Assembly (NCBI GenBank): GCA_030141605.1
Contig: JAQGDQ010000116.1
Location: 310,001 to 374,000 of the forward strand
DNA from: Tubiluchus corallicola
Lineage: Eukaryota > Animalia > Priapulida
DNA: 64,000 nt
Reading direction: 5' to 3'
Position numbers and translations under genes: made by a program
Shown: one piece after another, positions 10,920 through 24,900 of the stretch
Layout of the letters: each line of letters begins with the position of its first letter
Position numbering within the stretch: position 1 is the stretch's first letter
The notes under the pieces: model-generated
What the model was told of the DNA's origin: nothing
The model's input: only the letters and a program-made list of their open reading frames with translations
The model's database searches: none

Positions 10920-13900
10920 ATGGATTTGATGTGTATTTTGCCGATTTTATTAACTATTGTGAGTTATGCCGATTGTATAATGTTTCGTTTACCTCCAAAT
11001 ACATTAAAGTGCCTACGAGAAGAGATTCATAAAGACGTTTTGGTTTCTGGAGAGTTCGAATTAACGGATGCGCCGGGTCAGCACACAAACTTACATGTGC
11101 GTATTCTGATATTTGAAATTAATAATAAAATACTATTTTGCTCTGGTGGTGAACTTTACACGTGTATTCGAGTAGTCCTTAACTTAGTAACTACATTCAC
11201 AACAAAATTTTCATTTGAAGTGCAGCCATAATAACAATTCGTTTTCTGCATCTCCATCAGCCCTAGGTACTAATTATGTTAAAAATTTGTAAGCATCAAT
11301 AGAGCAAAATAAAATACAATTGTAAGCTTGATTATTTTTAATAGTCTACAAAATAAATGAACAAAATTGTGGCATGCAGAAACTAAATTTCTTAATTAAT
11401 AAATTCACAACTTTTTTATAAATTATTTTGGCCCTTTGCAAGCTTAATTTACTTTTCTATCTAGTTGTTTAATTTTTTATAATTTACAAAAGAAATGTTT
11501 TGCAAAGAAGGAACTTTTAAGATATTTTAATCGTTATAAATTTCAGGTTGGAGATTCCAAAGGCCACACATTGTTTCACAAAGAAGATGCCTCAAAAGGA
11601 AAATTTGCTTTTACAACTGATGATTATGAAGTGTATGAAGTCTGTTTTGAAACAAAGCTACCAGCTGGTAGGTATTACAATAGGCAGTGTACGTATTGGT
11701 TTAGTTGTACAGATAGAGTTTGAATATTTAAAAGAAAGAACTTATAATGAGTGAGATTTGATATGTCTTATTATTAAATTATTATAACTATTATGGCTCC
11801 ATAATTTGAAACATAGTAGTGTAGTCTTAATAGTAAAAACTGTCCAATTATTTCTGTTCAAGCCCATCTTCCTGAACAGGAATCCTATTACTTATGGTCG
11901 TCAAACAGCTAGACATGCAGGAAATTGTTTGTGTAACTTGTTCTCAGCAGTGTGACCTTTTTTAAATTATGTGGATTTTTACCACAGTCACTAATGCCTC
12001 TCGTAATTTATTTCGCTAAATTTTATTGTTCGTGTTCGTTTAAGTGCACAATAAGAACGTCAACAACATTTTCCAACCGTTTGACTCTACAGACTTTGGC
12101 TTATCTTATTTTATCAGTCAAAAAGGAAGTGTGTATTAATGCTTGAATTTTATAGAGATTGTGTTCATTTGCAGCAATTAGTTTTCATTTACTAGCTTAA
12201 AGAAACCAAAAAATAAAATTTAGTTTTGACAATGTTATCACACCAGCGATTTTTTTTTCTTGAGGTAGTGTCTGCTGTCTACATGATTATAGTTAGGAAT
12301 GAAGAGATCAATAATTACAGGTGAAATCAGTTCAATTGTGAAAACAGGTCAGAGAATATGCATAGTTTCCTATATGTATTCTGACTGTAGATATGAGATT
12401 TAAACAAATCCATTTTAACAAACATATCTGTACATGACAACACTATGCAAAAGTTAAAAAGAAAGCATGTTGAAAATATAATATAAATTTAGCATAATTG
12501 AAATAATTTCCTTTTGTTTATCTACGGCAACAAAAACCTTGTGCCTCAAAAAAGACTTGAGAAGTGAACGCTTGTTGTTGTGCAATGTACTTGTGTACAA
12601 AAATATGCAACGTAATTTCAAGATTTTGATACTATATAAACACATTTATATTACAGGTCAACAAGGTCCTGCTCGTGATGTAACTTTAAATATCAAACAT
12701 GGAGTAGAAGCCAGAAGCTACGAAGATGTAAGAATCATTGATATAATTTGAATTGAACTGAATTAAATTTATTCAGATGCAAAGACATACAAACATGCAA
12801 AAACAAATTAGTGACATCTTTCAAAACAAAAAGACATGGAACTGCACAAGAAATCCTACTTATTTCCATTGTGGTCCATAAAGTTCCAAGTTAATTGATT
12901 TCTCAAAAGCATTTTTTAAATTTTATGTGTTTAACCTTAAGTTAGGCCTGAACAAATAATAAAGTGTTATCTGAGTTAGGGACATTAAACGATACGAATT
13001 TGGCGATATGATAATAATACGATGCGAAAATTTTTCCAACGATACGATAAGGATAATCTATTTTTAGACGATACAGTACGATACAATAAATTATTTCGAA
13101 CGATAAAGACTATACTGAAGTTAGACGATTTATTCAACAACAGAAAGTGTCATTAATAATTAAAATTATCAAGTGCTTTAGTGCATTCAGTTCTGTGTAC
13201 TTAAATGACTTGCTAGTTATAAAACCCAAGTTGATTGTCATAATTAAGCAAGCTGCGACATATTACTACAGTAAAAATATTTACCTAGGTGAGCTGCACA
13301 TGACCAAGAAAGCAACGGCCAGTATCAAAGTGTATAAAGGGGTCTCTATACTTTGTCAGTGTGATTCAGAATAAAGATAGCCATTATTGTCAGGAAAAGT
13401 ACAAGAAAATGATTTGGTGCCTGACAAGCTTATAATTTTAAATAATTCTTTTTATCCACTTTTTTGCATAATTATTGTAAATAAGTAGACGACCATAGTG
13501 AAGTGATTTTATGAAGGTAAGCAATGATACGTGCCAAACTTGATACGGTAACCATAGTCTTAGAATACTATCGTTAGCGTAATGATAAAAACAAATTTTT
13601 CATATCGATACTTATTGCTATTGTAACATCCTTATTCTGAGTAACTAATCATTATGAGTTTTGCAATTTTTTTTCAAATTAACAGAATTTAATAATTTTC
13701 TTTTTTGACTTATTTTTGTGATGTAGGTGGCAAAAGCTGAAAAACTAAAGCCGCTTGAAGTAGAGCTGAAACGGTTGGAGGATCTTTCAGATGACATAGT
13801 AAACTCATTTGCTTATATGAGGAAAAGAGAAGAAGAAATGCGTGACACAAATGGTAAAAAGTTTTTTATTGTTTTATTCTTACAAAATACTGTAATCTGC

Positions 13901-14409
13901 TAATGAACTATAACCAGTTCTATTTATTTAGTGAATTTCTTCCAAAATTTCCCACCTTTGCAGTGCCGGGTAGCTATACTCTACAAAAAGATGTTCTAAA
14001 GCAGACCTTGATAAAGGCATTTGTTTACTAAAGTACTTTTTGGAGTTTCTTCTAAATACATGCTATATTTAGGGGCTTATATGTCTATTTTTAATGTCAT
14101 ATTTTTTCTAGTGCCATTACGCAACAAATAGAATACAGTGTTAGTGGAAGACTTTTTTTGTTCAAAATTGGTTTAGTTTTCTTTTTTATAATTTTGAATA
14201 GTTTATTTCAGTTACATCGTTGCATTAATTTAGGTGTTATTGTTGAGCTTTCTTTCTGGAATGCTATAATTATATTTTTTTTTCTAGAATCTACAAACTC
14301 AAGAGTCTTATACTTCAGTATATTTTCCATGGGATGCTTGTTAACTCTAGCCACATGGCAAGTCTTCTACCTGAGAACATATTTTAAATCGAAAAAGTTA
14401 ATAGAGTAA
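10920..14409 (+). CDS. TMED10: Transmembrane emp24 domain-containing protein 10 (p24 delta / Tmp21)
   Basis: Exons 10920-11096, 11547-11667, 12657-12727, 13727-13853, 14288-14409. Signal peptide, GOLD domain ([17 protein letters not shown]; [17 protein letters not shown]), coiled coil ([17 protein letters not shown]), [22 protein letters not shown] segment and KSKKLIE* tail. Confidence 0.97.
12977..13634. mobile_element. hAT-type MITE in TMED10 intron 3
   Basis: Ends TAGGGACATT...AACATCCTTA; 8-bp TSD ATCTGAGT (12969-12976) / TTCTGAGT (13635-13642), 7/8 match; many subterminal CGATA motifs. Confidence 0.7.
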
Positions 14410-16560
14410 TATAGTTTTGTATCTCGTATGTGATAGTTAACGCTGTTGTAAGTACCGCTGTAAGTGTTTTTATATTATTCCTGGGGAATACCAGTTATAG
14501 TAAAAAATATGTGGTTAAACTAGATGATATATTAAGTTTGATGTATCTAAAAAAAATTCAAATTCTAAACTGGCCTGTTTATTTTAGTACTGTTTGTAGT
14601 GAACTTGCACTTATTGGAAACTTACATTTCTCTGAATTTTTACTAAGCTCTAAGGTTTGAAGTTACTAAACTCTAAAGTTTGAAAATCTGAAGTTGAGCT
14701 TAGTCATAAAGTTTGTAAGATTTGAATAATCACAGATCATTAGCAAATTTGTTTATTGGTTGGCCATGAGGTGTTATTTTGGAATTTGTAATGAGTTTTT
14801 TTTTACTGTTGGTTTAAACCATTTTTACTGTTTTTGTGGTATCTATGAATTGTATGAAAATCTGCTGTTTGTCAGCTCAGCTGAATTTTTCCTTTAATTA
14901 TTTAACTAGTAGTCTGAACTGCAAGTGGTGGTATCTTGTAAATTCAAGCATGATTTGCTATACTATTAGCTACCATTTTGCTTTATGTATGATGTGGGTG
15001 TTGTCATGATGCAGGTTGAATATAGCCATTTTATGTGGTAAAATAACACAAGTGTTTCAAACTAGCTTCTGGTGATGTTTAAAACTATTCATGCTAGTAA
15101 CATTAGCAAATTTGATTGATGCAATCACTTTCCTCACTCAGTAATTCGGGCAATGGTATCACTGCAACCATTAACAGCCTGTGAGACATTTTAGCAGCTT
15201 CGTACTGGCGATTGGCTTAATGGTTTTAGAACAATAATTACTGGTACTCTTGTGTTTTTAATTGACAAGTGGCAGTGTAATTTAAGGCTAGTGGGAAAGT
15301 AAGAACTCTGGCAGTGCAAATAGTCCAAATGAGGAAGATTTGTTAATTAATCTACTGCAAACACATTAATTTTGCTGGAAACTCAGACCATTACCGTATG
15401 CACAGTGCAAAAGTAGTACTTCTTAATGAAAGATGTAATGGTAAATATATAAAAATCGGTTATTGTTAAATTTTATGGTTTTGTCTAATTGTCATAAAAC
15501 ATGTACAAGTTAAGACTTGTTTCAGTGAATTTTGTACAGTGTAATGGTGTTGTAAGTTTTTTAGCATAATAGCACTCCCAAAGCTGTCATTTATGGCCAG
15601 TGAATTAGTGTTCCTATAAATTGTATGGTATATTAGTAGTACAGTATAGCAGATATCTACCGTTCGGGGTTCTGTTTAACATTAAATTGAAATGAAAAAG
15701 GTTCAATACAACTGGAGCCTGTACAATCAAAGATTCAAAAATTTCAAACCCCAGAACTTTTTTCAAGAATGGATATTTTCTGTTCCTTCTAATTACTATA
15801 TATAGTATTTGCCCAATTTTCACCGATAAACTATTTGAGACTAAACCTGGATCCTGGATGATGCAGTCTTGGGCCCTGTTACTGCAAACAGCCTTTTTAA
15901 GTTCTTTGGATAGTATTTTAGCCATTTAACAAAAAATGTGTAGCAAATAACAATGGTAATTATAAAAAACAGGTTTTTTACTGTTTCTATATGAAAGCAA
16001 AAGTCGCAGCCTCTTCTACAGTGCTCTGGGGGTACATAAAACAAGAATTAAATAGACAATTATTTTCAGTCTGAACAGCTTTAAACTAAAACATTGGTTG
16101 TTTAATACTTAGTGTCTTGCTACATTAAACATACCTCAAGTCTTTTCTCAAAAAGGTTAATATTTTTATAAACAGTTACTAGGATATCTTATAGCGGTAT
16201 CAAAATGACGCATCCGAGAACACTCTTTGAGTACAGACTATGGTGTGCGATTGAGTTAATCTAGGTGACATACAGTTTACATCACATTTTCTAGTCTTGC
16301 TTGTTCTTTTTCCATTTCATCCTCTGAACCAAGAATTGTAAAGTGTTTACAATCTGCTCCCTCTTGTGTAAACAAATAGATTTTTCATACCTTAACAACA
16401 TCAAGAAACCTTGCTTTGAAATCATTAAAGAAGTTAATTACAACTTTATTGCATAATTGTTGATTTAGATTGACTGAAGAAGCATTATTCGTTATTAAAA
16501 ACCAGGTAAGAGAAGCTCACCCAGACTTCTGCTTAAGCTGTCTATTCTCTCTCTCCCCAT

Positions 16561-16610
16561 GCATGCACACACGCACGCATGCACGCACGCACACACACAC
16601 ACACACTGAC
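16561..16610. repeat. (CACG)n/(CA)n microsatellite
   Basis: gcatgcacacacgcacgcatgcacgcacgcacacacacacacacac. Confidence 0.9.
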
Positions 16611-18169
16611 ATGCAAACAGACTCCCCCCCTTTCAACTTTACCATGCCAAATTTATTATGAAAGCATCTGCATCTAATTGGAACATCTATTGCATCTACT
16701 GTTGTCACTGTTGATGTCATGCCATTTAAAAAAAATTCCCACTCAAACAATACTTAAGGCCCCAAGTGTGAAAAATCTTATAAAGTTTTTGAAATATGAA
16801 GACTTAGCGACCAATGGTCTCATTGAGAGCACGACTATGGGTGTGACATGGATCTCGAGCTCAAGCACAGACATATACACACATACCTTTTGCTCCATTA
16901 AATTGCTGGTTAAGACACTCGATAAAGCTAATTTGCTTAATCGATTGTCCAGATTGAAAGAACATCCATAAGTAAAGGCTAGTACTAATAGTCACAAAAT
17001 TATGCTTGCATATTTGTATTTCTATATAGCAATGATGTGTCAGATAATATATACAAACTTACAAATTCAACAATTAACAACTATGATTAGTTTTACAAAG
17101 TTAATAAAATCAATATTATAAAAATAATTGTATGAGATCTACCTAACATTAGTAAATGATCAATCCAGTTGCAGACATTTTATACAACTGATAACTGCAC
17201 TGCAGAATTTCAGTTGCTACGTTTTTTGTGTACATTGATTATAACTGCCCAAAAAATTTTGAACTGCCAAAGCTGCCTTACAAGTATTTTTTTAATGGCC
17301 ATGAGCTAGGTATAAACAACAATGAATCAAATAAATATAAACTGAGGCATTAACATGACTATTACACTAACATACATTTAAAATAGTTTACACTAGTTGC
17401 GGCTTCTTATACATTGGATATTAGGCTATTGAAAATTCTCATTACATGTACTTGGTATTTCTAATGCTGAAGCTACCTGCATGAAGTTCTTCAGCGAAAG
17501 AGACTACACAAAAAGTACAACAAAACAATAGCAAAATTGTGACAATATACGCTAGAGTTACAAATCTTCAATTATACACAACCAACCATAATTAATTTTG
17601 CCTCTCGAAAACCAACTAAATATAAAATACTTTATCCATTTTAAAATATGACTAGAAAAAAGTTTTGCAAACAGTAGAAAAAAAACTGGGATTTTGAATT
17701 TGTTTTTCTCACACACAAATCTATAGTACATTTTGCATTTCATTAGCTACCACAAGTACATTATAATATCGGCAGTTTTGTTAATAGTATATCAGACTGC
17801 CTTTAATATCACAAATAATTTCACTCTAATTAATCTCAACAGATCATCCTCAATATGCAAATGTTATTTGTGAAGAGACAGTTGCTATTCAGCCTTTTGC
17901 ATGACAGTCATGTAATTCCCATTCATATTAACAGTATACCAAAAACAAAGCAATTACATTCTAATTATTTTAACAAAATGATGGATAAACTGGTACAACA
18001 CAAGGCAATAAAGCCATCTGAAAAATAATATAAAAAATTAACATTTGCAGAGTGTTGACAGATGATGTGAAACTACAAAAAAGGCACAATTTTCAAACAC
18101 CAGAATCCATTGGCAGGATTTACTAGCTATAGATAACTATGATGGGACCAGATCCTAGCTGTCTATCAA

Positions 18170-18353
18170 GAGTAAACCCGATGAGGAAACACTGGGTTAC
18201 AGGGCAGCCCTAGCCATGCTCGGATGCATATACATACTCCCAAATCATGAGATAAATAGCTGTTGAATACCCGAAGAACTGCCAATAAGCAGTTTTCCTG
18301 GTAGTCACCCATCAATTTGTTGACTGGCTTGGCATTGTTTAACTTCTGTCACT
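18170..18353 (-). mobile_element. 5S rRNA-derived SINE-like (SINE3-type) relic
   Basis: Minus strand GACAGAAGTTAAACAATGCCAAGCCAGTCAACAAATTGATGGGTGACTACCAGGAAAA resembles the 5S internal control region (GAAGTTAAGCA...TTGGATGGGTGACC..CTGGGAA), followed by an unrelated body; too diverged to be a functional 5S gene. Confidence 0.5.
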
Positions 18354-18981
18354 AAGCATACAAGCTAACCACTCAGTTTATAACTAGCTTAGAAAGTATA
18401 AAAAATCGATTTAACTTTGAACTGCATTAACAATCAACAAATATACATTTGCAAATACTATGGTTTGTAGCTAGTACAGTATACATAAAAAATCATTGTA
18501 GCAGTGCTAGTATAGCAGAAGGCAAAAATGTTGCATACTGTGAAACAGAAAAGCATTGCAGTTCCTACAGCATATTATGCAAGCAGCAAAATAATAGCTT
18601 CACGGTATACTACTATGAATAATAGGCTACAATAACATAAAATCAGGTTAACAAACATTTCCTATCACAGATTGCTAACTTTAATAATAATTAGTAAATA
18701 ACCAACAACTTTTCAAATTTCACTGCAAATAGTAACACTGTCTGAAAACAGTCAAAGTTCATTTTAGCAGATGTACAAAACTCGCGTATGATAGCCACAA
18801 CAAAACTGATAATGACAGTGCTCTGAAAAAATTAATAGCGATTAGAAATTCAGAATACATCATAAAAACATTAGGTTACAATAAACAGCAGTTAAAAGAA
18901 CCTATTATTGTAACTTAGTCTTAACATTTTATTTTTGGTAAATAAAAACTGCGGGAAACCTAAATACTCAGATTCAAAAAG

Positions 18982-21900
18982 TTACACTTTCGTTTCTATA
19001 TTTTGAGTTATCTGTTGCTGCTGCTGTTGTTTCTGTCGCTGCAATAGTCTTTGCTCCATTTCTTTTAAGAGTGCCAATCTATAAGCCTCATAGGCCATCA
19101 CAATTTGTTCCACTTCTTGTCTGTACAAGCGTCGTAACATAGCTTCGTAGAAGTCCAACTCATTTAGTCTAAACAAGTCCCACTGCAAAAATCAATGTTG
19201 TTTTGTTTTTTAAACTAATAATTTTTGTTTTAAAAAGCAGCATGACTAATTACCTCTTAAAATACAAAGAAAAGAGTTAAATGATGCAAGAATTTTTGAA
19301 GTTGGTCAAACTAATTTCAGGTTTCAATGAAAAGTATAATAAATAAACTTTAAATAATCTAAATTCAGATGTATTAAAATACATAACTGCATTACTGCAC
19401 TTTAACATTCATTTCTTTGAATGAAAATGACACTTCTCAAACTTTGCTGCAATACGTGCATCTATTACCAAGAATATGAATTAACTCGACAGCAAAAGTA
19501 TACGTTAATAAGGACATGGATAACATTTAAATAATGGTATAGGTCATGTATGCGGAATTTTTTTGTTTCTCTAACAATTGTGCTAAAAATTGAGTTTCTC
19601 AATTTTGTAAAAAATTTCAAATTTTCCATAATGCAATACCAAGAAAAATTACGTTTCTCAACTATAATTTAAAAATATAAAGAACTCACCAATTCACATT
19701 TGTATTGTCAATGCCTTTCATATATGCCATAAAAATCGTTTTGAAAAAGAGAAAAATTGAAGAAATGTTTTGAACTACAAAACTCACACTTGCAGCTCAG
19801 CGTGATTCATAATAAGTTTTACAAAATCGTAATGATCAGTCATAGTTTTCCATGTACAAGAATAATAACAAATACTACAGTTTGTTTGCTTTTATAGTAG
19901 GCACAGCTTAATAGATTCAACTTTGGGATACAAGTGTTTTGACTGCTGACAAGCTGAATCAATTAGCCAATGTGTGTAATATTACTAGTACAGAAGTATG
20001 AATCATCAGCTTAATATGCACTGCAAAGGCTCCGAAGGCTTTAAATGAATTTTAATGCCTAAATTTCGTGCAATAATGTAAACACACTAATTTATATGAG
20101 TGAATTAATAAAAAATATAAAATACCTGTTTTTCTAAAGCACACAAATCTGCATGTTTACTTACATTAAAATGTACAAAAATTTGTGCAAGGTCGGCAGT
20201 CTTTCGCGAAAAAATTGATTTATAAAGCTCTCATACTGATAAAACGTTGCAAGTCTGTTGCCCTATGTGACACATATTTACGTAAAACAATGCATCACAT
20301 GTTTGAGCTGTAATTGGTGGTGCTTGAGTTTTCCCATAAGTGGCTTCCTGGTCGTCATCTTCTGTTTCCCAGTTGCCACAAGGATGATTTCGTCATCTGT
20401 TAATTGAGAGGTGACCTGTACACTGTACAACTGTGTTGATGTACACACTACAACTCTTCTGATGTAAGACACTCGTTGCTGGTTTTATTCACGAGTAAAT
20501 CCAGCATGGTTAACACAGTTCTGAATCATTAATTAAGTGATACTCTCCCACAACATGATAATCCAATGCTTCTAGCACTCTCGCCAGCATCTCCTTTCCG
20601 TAGTAACCTTTAGAATGCCTTGATCACATGGTTGAATAAACAAACCCTTTGTTTGTTTGCTGACAAAAACACAATTTTAATGTTCTTTAACGATACGTTG
20701 ACTACACTGTATAATTGTCCACCAGCAAAATACTGTTTCATTTTAAGCTTGTATCCCATTTAACTAGCCACTCATTAAACCGCACAGTCATCATCCAAGT
20801 ACTTGAGTTTGCATGGTAATCCACTGGCAACTTTGGAACGCCTTTAAAGCAGCGGGGATTTTTGCTTTTACCAATCTTCAGCAGTTTTCTGTCTTTTCAG
20901 ACATGCTTACACAGTACAGCACTGTTACAAGTTTCATAAGTCCTTTTGAAACTTTTCATTCCTATGCACATTTGCTCTCTAATAAATAAGTATGCTCGCC
21001 TAAAGCGAGAAAATAAAGTCTGGTTTCATCAGCGTTGCAACTGTCATCGGGTAAATGTGCTGCAGTAATTTTCGGCTACTGTTCTATCCAATTTTCAGCA
21101 GCCAGAACATCCTTTTCCTTACCATGTGTACAGTTATACACCATGTTTTCATGCTTTTATCCATCGACGAAACCACACTTTCTTTGCTACAAAAAGCTTT
21201 GTAAACCATAGTTCTAGTGCTGATTCCACTTTAGTCTATTCTTGTACATCTTATCTTAGATGTTAGATTCCCATTTTGCCTTGCTGATTGCTCAATCTTA
21301 GATCGTTTTTCAAAATGCCTAGCATATTTTGGGACACTGTTGACTGCACATCTCTTCCTCAATTTCATATGTTTATAATACTGCTTCAAGGTTTTCAATG
21401 TATTGTTAACTGTTAGATCTTTATATTTATAATTCCATTTTTCACAATTAACTCTACACTCTTAGTTGCTCTAGAATGTTTGTGCTTGTAAGTCGTAAAG
21501 AATACTGACAGATTACTGCCTCTGCGTCAGTTGCAAAACAGCACGTACACTATAGTATGGAAATGCAAAATAAAGATGACAAGAAGGTGGTAAAAGCTCT
21601 TTGGTCACCTATATGTTTTATTTGAAGTATGTGAAGCACAAATGTTGAGTCAATTAGTTAGAGTTATATGAGTCAATTATCAACAGCCTTTATATATTTT
21701 TGAATAGGAAAGGTTGGCTTATGTTATTTATGAGTCAAGTAGGTGACTGATTCTAATAATCATGAGTCTAATAAGTAGCACACACTGTATATATTGAGAT
21801 TTGAGACTGGCAGCCAGGGACTGCTACTGCTAAGCTAGCATGCAATGTCAAATAGTAAAAAATGGTATTACCTTTAATTTGTGATCTGTTTCACGTGGTG

Positions 21901-24900
21901 CTCTTGAGTAAACATACAACCATTCAGGAATTTCTGGAAAAGAAATGACAACATAAATAACATAGCATACTTGGTAAATGTCTGCATATTTATTCCTCAA
22001 GTAATCATTTTAAGCTAGGCAGTTGGTATTACTAAATTGCAATCGTAAAATACTAAAAACTGGTGCAAAATTAATCAAATAATGAACTCTTCGTAATGAA
22101 AGTAACTGCACTTTAATTTCCAAACTAGACTTAGTAGACAGTAGATACAATATATTTATACTGGCTTGCTTGTGTGCTTGTCTCACTATACAAAACGAGA
22201 AATTGAATCCTATTCTCATGGACAGATAGGCAAATGATGTATGGTGTCCACACTGTCACTTAATCATGATAAAATCTTTGTAATCATGGGGCAGTAATGT
22301 GAATGCAGTCATGCAGCGTAAACGAGATGTTGCAGAAATTAAACATGCTTAATTTTATCACAATACATCATCGTGAACAGAAACTTGTTGTCCAATTAGA
22401 ACTTCTCATTGCTTGCCATGTAATTGTAATTTGTGTGTACCTATACAATACATATTTATACACAATAGATGTTTTTGCACTGTTTTGCCAGAAATATGGT
22501 TACTAACAATAGTGAATACCCAGGTTAATGTGAAGGAGTTGGGTGCGAAAAGCCAATAATATGACACTGTGTAAAGTAATGAGTCTAATGAAGTTACTTC
22601 ACATCATGATAAAGTGATAGTGTGGATGCTGCACAAAAGACCTTTATTACTTAACCTTAAATTTAATATCTATGATGATGAGAACAATTATGTAAAACTT
22701 GTTCACACTCATACGCTCTATTATTAACAACTATAATATAAAGGTCGCAATGAGGTGAAACCTCTAAAAATGACAGCAGTAAACTGTGTGCAGTAATCAA
22801 GATCACTAAACACGTGGCAGAGAAACAATAACTGTTTTCATACCTGCATTTAAATAAGGATTAGCTGGTACAAGAACATTATGCTGATGAAAGTCCGTAT
22901 GGCATGGCTCTTGTTGATATGTATTCAGTGACCGATGCATTGCAGTACTAGGATGTCGATACTGAGCCTTCCTTGTAATATGACTGCAAAACATCAACTA
23001 GTGCATGTAAAGTATTGCAGTGCACTAATATGAGCACATACTAAGGTGTAGAAACTGAAAATGCATGCGTAGATTAGGCAGTTCACTACTGACTCGGTTC
23101 ACATTTCTTTCTATAAATTAATTGCACAAATTTCATAGTTTTGCAGCTTTCATACCTAAACTTCATCTCAACAAGTTAATCTCTGCAATCTATTTTACTG
23201 CATTAGAAGTACATCAATAGAAGTTTTTCATTTTTAAGTTTTACAACATAACTTGTCTTACTTGACATAATATACACCATGTTCTGGAGATTCAATACGT
23301 TCCCATCCAGTGGGTAGACTGTCCTGTTCCAACGGATGACTCCAATGCGTTGTTTGTGTATTATGATCAATGTAATACTTTCTACCTCGCAGTGTTCTAT
23401 CAACAGACCATCCGAGTGGCAACGGCAATTCCGGGTTAATTTGATTTGCTGTGAAAATTAAAAAATTACCAGCATTACAGTAGTGATAATAACACGGTAG
23501 TAACACTTCACATAGCTCTACTCTGTCACTTTAAGACCCGCTTTTTTTACAAATGTTTAGCTATTACAAACCAAGTAGCACATAACAGAAGTAGTTATGT
23601 TTGTATGTTAAAAGGTTTACTGAACAAGATTTTATGTACTTTTGCTAATATGTAGACAAAGGGTCAGTTTTCAGTGATATTAATTCACACAGTGTGTGTG
23701 TGGCGAGTAATATAATAAGTTTGTTGTTGGTTATCGACATTATTATAATAGCTGCCACAAACTCTTGAAAGATATGAGATGTTGAGGATTCTGCAATTCT
23801 TCACAATGATCAAATCATTGACACTGGTAAGTTCAATTTATAATAATTAAAGTAATGATTGGTGATGGGGAGTCATTAAAAAGCCACATCTTTGCTAAAG
23901 TGAGGCTGGCTGTTATTTTCACTTTAAACTAATATCACTGAAAAAATAAAGTATGCAAGAACATTGCTAAAGTAATAAAATATTTCATCAAATGTACCAT
24001 AAATTATAATTACCAATGGCTAGCCTATGATGCTGTGCTGCAAACTGATTATGACCTCGCATATTAAGATGGTACTGTTGGGGATTAGGTAAGCCGCTGT
24101 ACCTGTGATATTCATCTTCACCTACAATAGTCAAATACAAGAGTGTAAACAAGTTTTTAAAACTTTTTATCAAGATATTTTAGAATAGCAATAAGTGAAG
24201 TTCTAGAATATTGTACGTAACTGCCTTACAATAGAAGTTATACTTATAATTTTGGGCAACAATCAATATTTCCCTTGACGCATCTCTATTCTTGCAAATT
24301 TACAATGACAAACACATTTAGATGTGTAGCCTATTAAAGTGTTCAGCATGTCAAGATTCCAAGTAAGTTTCCAGACTTAATGCTAGTGTGAAATAAAGTA
24401 CCTGAACACTACAGGGTAGCAAACACAAACAGTTGATATTGCTTAATTCAAATGTAATATATATTCTGTCACTGCAGAACTTAATTGTAGTTCTAGAAGA
24501 CAAGGACTGATTAGCACCACAGTTTTAACTGTGTCCTGCCAATAATAATTAATTAGTGCACAAGTAAATAGCAAAAGAAAACTGGTTACATTTTCTTATT
24601 AACTTTAAATTGTGAAACACAAAATAATTATCTAAGAGAATATTTACAGCAACAGTGTTCATATATTGCAAGGTAATGCATTAAACAAGATTTATTTTAT
24701 GGAATATGCTACAACTAAAACTTACTTTGTAAATAATTTTCATGAGGCCCCACAGCTTGAGTGATCACACTGTATTTGAATGTCATTGGTTGCCCAGTAT
24801 TTGCAGAATCATGGTTACTATGTGCTGCATGGTCAGAGGTTACTGTTATACTAGCTACAGGCCGATCCATGTATACAAAATTATGAGCATTTGCTTGATT

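Noticed and set aside
16470-16971. Overlapping short ORFs between TMED10 and SAV1
   Set aside because: Two are driven by the CA microsatellite; none shows homology or splice structure.
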